Shown here one piece after another: positions 41,147-48,733 of a stretch of DNA of 64,000 bases; the first letter of the stretch is position 1, and each line of letters begins with the position of its first letter. Both the position numbers and the translations under genes were made by a program. The notes below the pieces were generated by a model. The model searched no databases. It was not told the DNA's origin and was given only the letters and a program-made list of their open reading frames with translations. Source of the stretch: Solirubrobacterales bacterium (GTDB lineage Bacteria; Actinomycetota; Thermoleophilia; Solirubrobacterales; 70-9); assembly GCA_021323175.1 (NCBI GenBank), contig JAJTCK010000002.1, forward strand, positions 467 to 64,466. The letters are read 5' to 3'.

Positions 41147-41178
41147 CCTTCCCGGCCTCACGGGACCGTGGTTAAAGG
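41147..41178 (-). promoter_or_regulatory. Probable PyrR-binding RNA hairpin overlapping the pyrR RBS
   Basis: Minus strand: CCUUUAACCACGGUCCCGUGAGGCCGGGAAGG. The core GGUCC-CGUGA-GGCC has the same bulged-U stem plus pentaloop architecture as the Bacillus AGUCC-AGAGA-GGCU binding loop. The lower stem CCUUU/AAGG sequesters the AAGGAG Shine-Dalgarno. Confidence 0.55.
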
Positions 41179-41283
41179 TGCTGCGGCCAGCCTAGCAGCG
41201 GTCCGAGCGGCAGCCGGGCCGAAAAGGACCGCTGGGTGCGGGAATCCGGGCGAGACGCGGCGCGCGGCGACGCTCCCGCAGCG

Positions 41284-42123
41284 TCAACCGATGGCCATGA
41301 TCGCGATGACCGCCAGCAGGCCGAGCGGCGTCGCGTAGATGCTCATCCTCGAGAAAAGCCGCTCGAACGGGCCCCTGTACTTGACGCTCTCCATCAGGAT
41401 CAGCGCCACGACATGGGCGATGTTGATCAGGAAGAAGCCCCCGGCGATCAGGAACACCCACGTGCACGGCCCCACCTCGTCGCGGAACTCGTTCGCGGAG
41501 TGGCCCGTCGCGTCGGGGCAGGCGCTGGCCAGGATCAGCATCGCGATCGTGGCGAAGGCCCCGATCAGCAGGCCGAGGCCGTCGCGCGAGCGGATCGGAG
41601 GGAAGTTCTCCGAAAACCGCCTGCCCTCATCGGCGCGCTGGGCGCCGGCCGGAGCCATGCGGCGTTCGGCTACCTGCTCCCGCCCGTTCTGCGCGTGAAC
41701 GCGCAGTTCGGTGACGGGCGGGCTGACGTTGGCGCGCACGCGGTCCAGTAGCTGCTTCTCGCCGTAGACGGAGTCCTCTAGATCGGCGTGGTCCACCAGG
41801 ATGATCCGGCCGAAGTCGAACTTCTGAAGCTCGTCGCTGATGGCCTGCACGGGGTCGGAGTCCCCCACCTCTCCCCTCGCCTCGATGCCAGCGGCTCCAA
41901 GGGCCTGGAGCGAGCGCTCGAGCCGCTCGCGCGCCGGCGGGATCGCGTCGTCGACATCCCCCATGGTGTACTTCAGCGCCGAATCTACGAGGGCCGGCGC
42001 GACCACGAAGGCGCGCGCATCGCCGTCGCCGGCCGCGCGGCGGACCTCCTGGGCCACCGCCTCAGCGGCATCGTCGGTGATCGCCTCGGCGGTGACCACG
42101 AGCACGGGAAATCCCTCTGCCAT
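41284..42123 (-). CDS. Hypothetical protein: soluble alpha/beta N-domain (USP-like impression) plus 3 C-terminal TM helices
   Basis: ORF 41284..42123 in a GC3-rich frame. No catalytic motif recognised. C-terminal hydrophobic segments: LLIGAFATIAMLILA, WVFLIAGGFFLINIAHVVALILM, ATPLGLLAVIAIMAIG. Confidence 0.6.
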   Translation of the reverse strand: MAEGFPVLVVTAEAITDDAAEAVAQEVRRAAGDGDARAFVVAPALVDSALKYTMGDVDDAIPPARERLERSLQALGAAGIEARGEVGDSDPVQAISDELQKFDFGRIILVDHADLEDSVYGEKQLLDRVRANVSPPVTELRVHAQNGREQVAERRMAPAGAQRADEGRRFSENFPPIRSRDGLGLLIGAFATIAMLILASACPDATGHSANEFRDEVGPCTWVFLIAGGFFLINIAHVVALILMESVKYRGPFERLFSRMSIYATPLGLLAVIAIMAIG

Positions 42124-42169
42124 GGGCAGGGGCTACCCCGATTCGAATCCGGCGAACCCGTGGGCCGGA

Positions 42170-43147
42170 CTACGCGGGCGAGCGTTGCTCAGCCCGGTCC
42201 TCCTTGGCTCCGCTCTCCACCAAACGGGGCACACCCCGCTCCGGAAAGGGAATCTCGACGAGGTCGAAATCCCGCACCGCATGGGACTCGGGGAAGGTCT
42301 CGCGAGCTTCGTCCAGGACGGCGCCGACGTGGTAGCGAGAGGAGATGTGGACGAGCGCCAGCATCTTCACCTTCGCCTCGACCGCGAGCTTTGCCGCCTG
42401 GCTCGCCGTCGTATGGCCGGTCTCGGCCGCGCGCGCGGACTCCTCGTCCGCGAAGGTTCCGTCATGGACCAGCAGCTGGGCTTCGTGTGCAGCGATCCGG
42501 GTCATCTCGCACGGCGCGGTGTCGCCGGTGAGCACGACCTTGCGGCCGGGCCGCGCCTCGCCGAGGACCTGGTCGGGGCGCACCTCTCCGTCAGCCCCCG
42601 GCACGGTCTCTCCGCGCTGTAGCCGCCCGAAGTCCTGGACGTCTTTGACGCCCAGCGATCTCGCCGCGTCGGTGTCGAACCGGCCCGGGCGCTCGGCCTC
42701 GACGAAGGCATAGCCGTTGGCCGGCATGAGGTGCTCGACCTCGAAGGCCTGCATCTCGAATCCCGCGTCGGTGTGGGCGAGGCTGTCGCCGGGTGCCAGC
42801 TCCACCAGCTCGACCTGGTAGCGAATCTTGCCGAAGACCCGGCGAAGGGCGTCGAAGAGGCCGCGCAGCCCGAGCGGCCCGGCGATCCGCAGCGGCGCCT
42901 GCCGGTCCAGGAGGTCATACGTCTTGAGCAGGCCGGGGAGCCCCAGGTAGTGGTCAGCATGCAGGTGGGTGATCAGGATCTCGTCGACCTGGACGAGCCC
43001 CGTCGAGTGCATCATCTGCCGCTGTGCCCCCTCTCCGCAGTCGATGAGCACCCGCTCGCCACCCGCGCGGATCAGCACGCAGGCCGTTGCGCGGCGCGCG
43101 GTGGGCACCGAGCCGCCGGTGCCGTAGAAGACGACCGAGAGGTCCAT
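42170..43147 (-). CDS. rnz: Ribonuclease Z (MBL fold)
   Basis: ORF 42170..43147. FYGTGGSVP..LIDCGEG..ITHLHADHYLGLPGLL. Confidence 0.88.
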   Translation of the reverse strand: MDLSVVFYGTGGSVPTARRATACVLIRAGGERVLIDCGEGAQRQMMHSTGLVQVDEILITHLHADHYLGLPGLLKTYDLLDRQAPLRIAGPLGLRGLFDALRRVFGKIRYQVELVELAPGDSLAHTDAGFEMQAFEVEHLMPANGYAFVEAERPGRFDTDAARSLGVKDVQDFGRLQRGETVPGADGEVRPDQVLGEARPGRKVVLTGDTAPCEMTRIAAHEAQLLVHDGTFADEESARAAETGHTTASQAAKLAVEAKVKMLALVHISSRYHVGAVLDEARETFPESHAVRDFDLVEIPFPERGVPRLVESGAKEDRAEQRSPA

Positions 43148-43200
43148 GCGGCAAGCCTAGGGGCCGCGCGCGACCCGAGGATGGGCGGCCGGAGCGACGA

Positions 43201-43229
43201 GGGCGGGGCCCCAAATGGAGCCCCGCCCC
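43201..43229. terminator. Strong GC hairpin downstream of the Amt-like gene (no U-tract)
   Basis: GGGCGGGGCCCC-AAAT-GGAGCCCCGCCC: a 12-bp stem including one G-U pair and a 4-nt loop, between 43255 (stop) and the rnz start. Confidence 0.4.
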
Positions 43230-43254
43230 CGGTACGCAGGTCAGCAGCGTGCGG

Positions 43255-44670
43255 CTAGGTCCTCGTCGGCTGCCTGTCGGCCGGTGCTCCGCGCGCCCCG
43301 TTCGTGTGGGTCTCGTACTCGTCGGGGAGCTCCCAGAGGACATTGTCCAGGCCCTCGGCCTGGTGCTCGTCCGACACCCGCATCCCGAACGTCTTGTTGA
43401 AGATGAATCCCAGAACCGCCGCCGTGAGCATGCCTGCCCCGAAGCAGACCGCGATCCCGATCAGCTGCCACCAGAGCGTGATCTCGGCGTGCTGGAAGGC
43501 GTAGTCGCCCTCGGTGATGCCGAAGTAGCCGCCCTTGGCGGTCCCCCAATCGATCAGCCCGACCATGATCAGCCCATAGGTGCCGGCCGTGGCGAACACC
43601 GGGAGCAGCTTGTGATCGTCCACGTTCTTGCGGCCGAGGAACTCGTACACGGCGTACGAGAGGAACGGTGCGCCCGCGGAGACCAGGAACATCTGCCACG
43701 GCTCGTACACGTCCATCGCCGCCGCCCCCGCCACGTATCCGGCGAACGGGCCGAGCAGCAGGTAGCTGTACTTCCTGGTCCGGTAGGCGATGATCGCGCC
43801 GGTCAGCGCGCCGCCGGCCCACGAGAGGCCGTAGTTGTTGAACGCGATGCCGACGCTCGTGTCCGCCATCGTCACCGAGACGGCGAGCGCTTCGGGATCG
43901 AAGAAGAACAGGCACGACAGGATCACCATGGGCAGGCCCGCGAAGATCAGCAGCGCGCCTGTCGACAGAGTCCAGAGGTTGCCCGTGCGGTACTCGGCGA
44001 CCTTCGAATGCGCCTCGAACATGCCGGGTCGTTTGCCCAGCATGCGCACGAACACCAGTGCCATGCCAGCCGGGAACAGATAGACGAACCCGACTCCGAA
44101 GAAGTCGTGGAAGCCCTCGTTCGTGAGCGGTCCTACCGAGCCCCAGGTCAGGTAGCTCAGCAGCGAGGAAACGATCGTGGCCACGAAGCAGGTGATGAAG
44201 TAGGCCGAGGCCTTCATCCGCTCCGAGACCGCGAAGTGCAGCAGGATGTTCACGATTCCCGCGAACACCGCCAGGAAGAAGATGAAGATCTGGAAGTTGT
44301 TCAGGCCCGGGAAGACATCCGGTGACACGTTCTGTGCCAGGTCGTTGGCCAGCGTGCCGCCGAGCCACCAGTCTTCGATCGACTGGCCGAGCGGGTTCGC
44401 GACCTCGAAGGCATCGTTGTACTGCCAGTTCCAGAGCGCGAAGCCGATCCCGAAGTAGGTGGCGAACCCGATGAAGAAGCCGACGAGCTTCTCGATCGTG
44501 GAGTTGAACACGTTGAGACGTCTCACGCTGGCCGCGTCCAGCATCACGAGTCCGACCACGACCATCAGCGCTCCCACGGTTCCTGACGCATAGACGAGGT
44601 TCTGCGTCAGCATGTTCGTGGTCACCTGCTCGGGGAAGATCTCCCCGGCTTGGGCAAGCAAGTTCAGCAT
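43255..44670 (-). CDS. Divergent Amt/MEP/Rh-fold transporter lacking the twin-His pore motif
   Basis: ORF 43255..44670. Amt-like N-terminal LVMLDAASVRRLNVFNST (compare PG.A.FY.G.VR.KNV.N) and C-terminal EGLD motifs. By-eye alignment to E. coli AmtB puts Tyr at His168, Ala/Thr at His318, and no GWFGFN motif. GGAGAGG RBS. Confidence 0.7.
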   Translation of the reverse strand: MLNLLAQAGEIFPEQVTTNMLTQNLVYASGTVGALMVVVGLVMLDAASVRRLNVFNSTIEKLVGFFIGFATYFGIGFALWNWQYNDAFEVANPLGQSIEDWWLGGTLANDLAQNVSPDVFPGLNNFQIFIFFLAVFAGIVNILLHFAVSERMKASAYFITCFVATIVSSLLSYLTWGSVGPLTNEGFHDFFGVGFVYLFPAGMALVFVRMLGKRPGMFEAHSKVAEYRTGNLWTLSTGALLIFAGLPMVILSCLFFFDPEALAVSVTMADTSVGIAFNNYGLSWAGGALTGAIIAYRTRKYSYLLLGPFAGYVAGAAAMDVYEPWQMFLVSAGAPFLSYAVYEFLGRKNVDDHKLLPVFATAGTYGLIMVGLIDWGTAKGGYFGITEGDYAFQHAEITLWWQLIGIAVCFGAGMLTAAVLGFIFNKTFGMRVSDEHQAEGLDNVLWELPDEYETHTNGARGAPADRQPTRT

Positions 44671-44910
44671 GACCTCTCCTTTCGGATGGGCGTCCGGACT
44701 ACCGGCCGGTTGCCCACACGTGTCTCCCTCTGTTCCGAATTCGGGCTCTCACCCGTGAGGCGCGCTGGTTATACCCATTCGTTCAGCCGGAAGTCAAGTC
44801 GGAAATGCCACTATCTTCGAAAGGAAGGGAGTGCGACCTTTACTTCCGACCCAGGGTCAGGCAGAATCGATTTTTGTACAGATTTGTCCAGGAGGAGGGA
44901 GCGAGGCCGT

Positions 44911-46314
44911 ATGACCGAGAAGATGTGGGGGTCCGAGCCGTTCTGGGGGCTCGACTACGACTGGGATCCGGATTGGGTCCTGACCGACCGTCAGAAGGAG
45001 CTCCGCGAGACCCTGATCGGGCTCTGCGAGACCGAGATGCGGGCCAACGCGAAGCGCTCGGACGACGAGCTGCTCTACCCGCGCCGCAACTTCGAGCTCC
45101 TCGCCGAGAACGGCTTCCTCAGCCTGACCGTGCCCGAGGAGTACGGCGGCCTGGGCCAGAACCACGTCGGCTTCGCGATGGTCTGCGAGACGCTCGCCCG
45201 CTACGGCTGCGCCTCGACCGCGATGTGTTACGTGATGCACATCGGCGCGGTCGCGACGATCATGCTCCGCCCCACCGACGCGCTGGTCGACAAGTACATC
45301 CGCCCCCTCAACGAGGAGGTGCGAATCGGGACCCTCTCCTACTCGGATCCCGAGACCGGCTCACACTTCTGGTACCCCGTCAGCTCGAACGCCCAGAAGT
45401 CCAACGGCGGCTACAAGGTCAACAAGAAGGCGAGCTGGACGACCTCCGGCGGTTTCGCCGACTTCTACGTGGTGCAGACGACCAGCCCCGACTTCAGCGG
45501 ATACGACGACCTGTCCGTCTTCGTCATCGACGGCGACGACGTGCAGGCCCAGCCCTCGCTGTGGGACGCCCTCGGCTTGCGCGGCAACCAGTCCGGCCCG
45601 ATCCAGGTCGAGGACATCGAGATCCCCGACGACCAGGTCGTTGGCCCGCTCGGGGACGGCGCCAACTCCAACGACGAGGCGGTCGACCCCTGGTTCCTGG
45701 TGGGCTCGTCCTCGGTCTGGAACGGCATCACGCTCGGGGCGATCGACATCGCCAAGCGGCACACGACGCGCAAGAAGCACGTGGACGTCGGCATGCGGGT
45801 CGCGGACTACCCCACCATCCAGGACTACGTCGGCGAGGCAGTCATGGACACGAACGCCTGCCGGGTGTTCGTGTACTCGGTCGCACAGGCGATGGACAAG
45901 GCGACCGACGACAACACCAGGGTCCTGAAGCCGGGCGAGACCGCCCGCGCCGACTATCTCCACTGGGCGTGGCAGATCAAGTTCGAGGCGGCCAAGAACA
46001 CCGCACACCACGTGGACAAGATGCTGCACGCATGCGGCGGGTCCGGGTACAAGAAGGACATGGAGCTGGAGCGCTACGTGCGCGACGCGAAAGCCGGATG
46101 GGTGATGGGGCCGACCAACGAGGTGCTGCGCCAGTTCGTCGGCAAGGCGGTCCTGAACGGGTTCGATTCGCTCGACTACTGGAACCAGACCTACAACCGC
46201 CGCGTCGTGGAGAACGAGGTCAAGAAGCTCGACTCGACCGCCAAGCGAGAGCTGGCCGAGCAGCTCGTCGAGCAAGCTGACAAGGCCGAGGGCACCGAGC
46301 CGGCGAAGGCCTAG
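44911..46314 (+). CDS. Acyl-CoA dehydrogenase-fold flavoprotein (possible two-component flavin-dependent oxygenase)
   Basis: ORF 44650..46314 trimmed to ATG 44911 (MTEKMWGSEP). ACAD-like segments FLSLTVPEEYGGLG, KKASWTTSGG, GGSGY..RYVRDAK. The MCAD Y-E-G-T catalytic-Glu position reads M-G-P-T. About 40-aa charged C-terminal tail. Confidence 0.8.
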   Translation: MTEKMWGSEPFWGLDYDWDPDWVLTDRQKELRETLIGLCETEMRANAKRSDDELLYPRRNFELLAENGFLSLTVPEEYGGLGQNHVGFAMVCETLARYGCASTAMCYVMHIGAVATIMLRPTDALVDKYIRPLNEEVRIGTLSYSDPETGSHFWYPVSSNAQKSNGGYKVNKKASWTTSGGFADFYVVQTTSPDFSGYDDLSVFVIDGDDVQAQPSLWDALGLRGNQSGPIQVEDIEIPDDQVVGPLGDGANSNDEAVDPWFLVGSSSVWNGITLGAIDIAKRHTTRKKHVDVGMRVADYPTIQDYVGEAVMDTNACRVFVYSVAQAMDKATDDNTRVLKPGETARADYLHWAWQIKFEAAKNTAHHVDKMLHACGGSGYKKDMELERYVRDAKAGWVMGPTNEVLRQFVGKAVLNGFDSLDYWNQTYNRRVVENEVKKLDSTAKRELAEQLVEQADKAEGTEPAKA

Positions 46315-46318
46315 GACC

Positions 46319-48652
46319 ATGGCCGCCGCAACGCGCCCCGTCGTGATCGGCAATGGCCTGTTGCCGATCGACCGCTCGCTGGAGTCGCACTGGGTCCGCC
46401 CCGGTGCGGCTACCGCGGTGCGGCTGCGGCCTGACGACCTGCTCACGGTGTTGAACCGGGACGGCGGACAGATCGCCGAGCTCACCGTCCTCGACGCCGA
46501 GGGCGGCGAGGACGCCGCCGCGATCGGCGCCCGGGCCGACGGCGACGCGACGGTCCTCCGTGGGCTCTCGGGCAACGGGGGCGCCGAAGGGTTCCTTGGC
46601 CAGCTCCACACGAGCGGGCTGATCCCCGATGAGGCCAAGGCGCTGCGGCTGTTCGCCGCGGATACCCCTCGGGGCGCCACCGAGACATTCACGGTCGAGC
46701 GCGAGGCGACCGCGATCGTCGCCGCGCCGGGAGGCCGGGTGGTGGAAGGCGACTGGCCGGCATCGCCGCTGATGGTCGAGGTCAAGCGCGCGACGCCGCG
46801 TGCGTTCGACGAGGTCGAGCTGCCGCCGCCGCTGGCCGAGCCGCGGCTGGACTTCCGCGTCGACAAGGCGAGCGCACTCGCCTACGAGGTGCAGGCAGGC
46901 GAGTACATCCAGATCATCGACGTCCGGGGCAAGCAGTGCTCGGACTTCCTCGCGTTCAACCAGAGCAAGCTCGAGCGCGGCATCGAGCGCGGCCTGGACT
47001 CGACCACGACTCGCTCCCTGATGGGCTCGGCCTACCCGACCCCCGGCCTGTATCGCAAGAGCTTCGACATCGACCAGGACCCGCTGGTGGAGGTGGTCCA
47101 CGACACCGTCGGCCGCCACGACAACTTCGGGCTCGCCTGCTTCGCCAAGTACTACGAGGACCTGGGCTACCCGGGGCACGTCAACTGCAGCGACAACTTC
47201 AACGGGGAGCTGGTCCCGCGGGGGGTCGAGGCGCGGGCCGGATGGAACGCGCTCAACCTCTTCTACAACACCACCTTCGACACGGCCAACGCTCTGATCG
47301 CCGACGAACCGTGGTCACGGCCCGGCGACTACGTGCTGATGCGCGCTTCGAACCACCTGCTCTGCGCCTCATCCGCATGCCCCGACGACATCGACCCCGC
47401 CAACGGCTGGGAGATCACAGACATCCACGTCCGCGTGTACCGGCCCGAGAACCGGTTCTCGCTGGCGATCGCCCATCGCGTCACACCGGAGGCCGACCCC
47501 GTCATGACCAAAGAGACCGCCTTCCACGCCCGCACCTCCGCCCTGACGGGCGACATGGTCGAGTACCGGGGCTACTGGCTGCCCGACTGCTTCCCCGGCG
47601 AAGGGTCAATCGGCGAGTACTGGGCGTGTCGCGAGAAGGCGGTAATCATGGACCTCTCCCCGCTCCGCAAGTGGGAGGTCCTGGGCCCCGATGCGGAGAT
47701 GCTGATCCAGCGCGCGATCACACGCGACGCTCGCAAGCTGTCCGTGGGCCAGGTCACCTACACCGCGGTGTGCAACGAGACCGGCGGGATGCTCGACGAC
47801 GCCACCGTCTATCGCCTCGGCGACGACAACTTCCGCTTCGTGGCCGGGGACGAGTACACCGGCGTGCACCTGAACAAGCTCGCTGACACCGAGGGGCTGA
47901 AGGTCTTCGTGAAGCCCTCGACCGAGCAGCTTCACAACGTCGCCGTCCAGGGGCCCGAGAGCCGCGAGATCCTGAAGAAGATCGTGTGGACCCCGCCCGA
48001 CCAGCCGGCCCTCGAGGACCTGAAGTGGTTCCGCCTCCTGATCGGGCGGATCGGCGACTACGACGGCACGCCGATCGTCGTCTCGCGGACCGGCTACACC
48101 GGCGAGCTGGGATACGAGGTGTGGTGCCATCCCGACGACGGCCCCGCCGTCTGGGACGCGATCTGGAAGGCCGGCGAGGGACACGGGCTGCAGCCGCTCG
48201 GGCTGTCGGCGCTCGACATGCTCCGGATCGAATCCGGCCTGATCTTCGCGGGCTACGAGTTCGACGACCAGGTGGACCCGTTCGAGGCCGGGATCGGCTT
48301 TGCCGTGGCCCTGGACTCGGAGGACGACTTCGTCGGCAAGCAGGCTCTGATCGAGCGCTCCGAGCACCCCCAGCGCAGGCTGGTCGGCCTGGAGCTCGAG
48401 GGCCGGGAGACCGCTGGCCACGGCGACTGCGTGCACGTGCCCGGCGAGCGCGCCTCGGTCGGCGTCGTCACCAGCGGCACGCGCAGCCCGGTCCTGCGCA
48501 AGAACATCGCGCTCTGCCGGATGGCCGTCCAGCACACCGAGACCGGCACAGCGATCGAGGTCGGCAAGCTCGATGGGGAGCAGAAGCGAATTCCGGCGCA
48601 GGTCGTCCCGATCCCCTTCTATGACCCGAAGAAGGAGCGTCCGCGGTCATAG
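46319..48652 (+). CDS. DUF1989-like N-terminal region fused to a GcvT-type aminomethyltransferase/THF-binding domain (TMAO-demethylase-like architecture)
   Basis: ORF 46319..48652, 777 aa. The central region carries Cys residues (GLAC, HVNC, LLCASSAC). The C-terminal half has GcvT-like motifs (MDLSPLRKWEVLGPDA, SRTGYTGELGYEV, LDMLRIESGL). Start is 4 nt after the ACAD-fold stop. Confidence 0.8.
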   Translation: MAAATRPVVIGNGLLPIDRSLESHWVRPGAATAVRLRPDDLLTVLNRDGGQIAELTVLDAEGGEDAAAIGARADGDATVLRGLSGNGGAEGFLGQLHTSGLIPDEAKALRLFAADTPRGATETFTVEREATAIVAAPGGRVVEGDWPASPLMVEVKRATPRAFDEVELPPPLAEPRLDFRVDKASALAYEVQAGEYIQIIDVRGKQCSDFLAFNQSKLERGIERGLDSTTTRSLMGSAYPTPGLYRKSFDIDQDPLVEVVHDTVGRHDNFGLACFAKYYEDLGYPGHVNCSDNFNGELVPRGVEARAGWNALNLFYNTTFDTANALIADEPWSRPGDYVLMRASNHLLCASSACPDDIDPANGWEITDIHVRVYRPENRFSLAIAHRVTPEADPVMTKETAFHARTSALTGDMVEYRGYWLPDCFPGEGSIGEYWACREKAVIMDLSPLRKWEVLGPDAEMLIQRAITRDARKLSVGQVTYTAVCNETGGMLDDATVYRLGDDNFRFVAGDEYTGVHLNKLADTEGLKVFVKPSTEQLHNVAVQGPESREILKKIVWTPPDQPALEDLKWFRLLIGRIGDYDGTPIVVSRTGYTGELGYEVWCHPDDGPAVWDAIWKAGEGHGLQPLGLSALDMLRIESGLIFAGYEFDDQVDPFEAGIGFAVALDSEDDFVGKQALIERSEHPQRRLVGLELEGRETAGHGDCVHVPGERASVGVVTSGTRSPVLRKNIALCRMAVQHTETGTAIEVGKLDGEQKRIPAQVVPIPFYDPKKERPRS

Positions 48653-48658
48653 GCTTTC

Positions 48659-48726
48659 GGCCGTGAAGGTCAAGCGATTCACGGTCCTGCCGGGTCATGA
48701 CCCGGAGTTGCTCGGGCCGGGCCCGG
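48659..48726. terminator. Cluster of three GC-rich palindromes between convergent genes (putative bidirectional terminators)
   Basis: CCGTGAA-n10-TTCACGG (48661..48684), CGGGTCATGACCCG (48691..48704) and CCGGGCCCGG (48717..48726). Confidence 0.35.
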
Positions 48727-48733
48727 TCGCGCT

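Noticed and set aside
41181-41283. 9-bp inverted repeat CAGCGGTCC...GGACCGCTG in the pyrR upstream region as a terminator or attenuator
   Set aside because: The 21-nt loop and the lack of a following U-tract are not convincing for either an intrinsic terminator or a PyrR anti-terminator system. I cannot support it beyond noting the repeat.
44671-44910. Possible glycine riboswitch upstream of the GcvT-containing operon
   Set aside because: I looked for the GGAGAG...CACCGAAGGGGCAA...CUCAGGCAAAAGGAC type core. Only a weak resemblance was found (GGUCAGGCAGAAUCGA). It is not enough to call, so the region is kept only as an uncharacterised control region.
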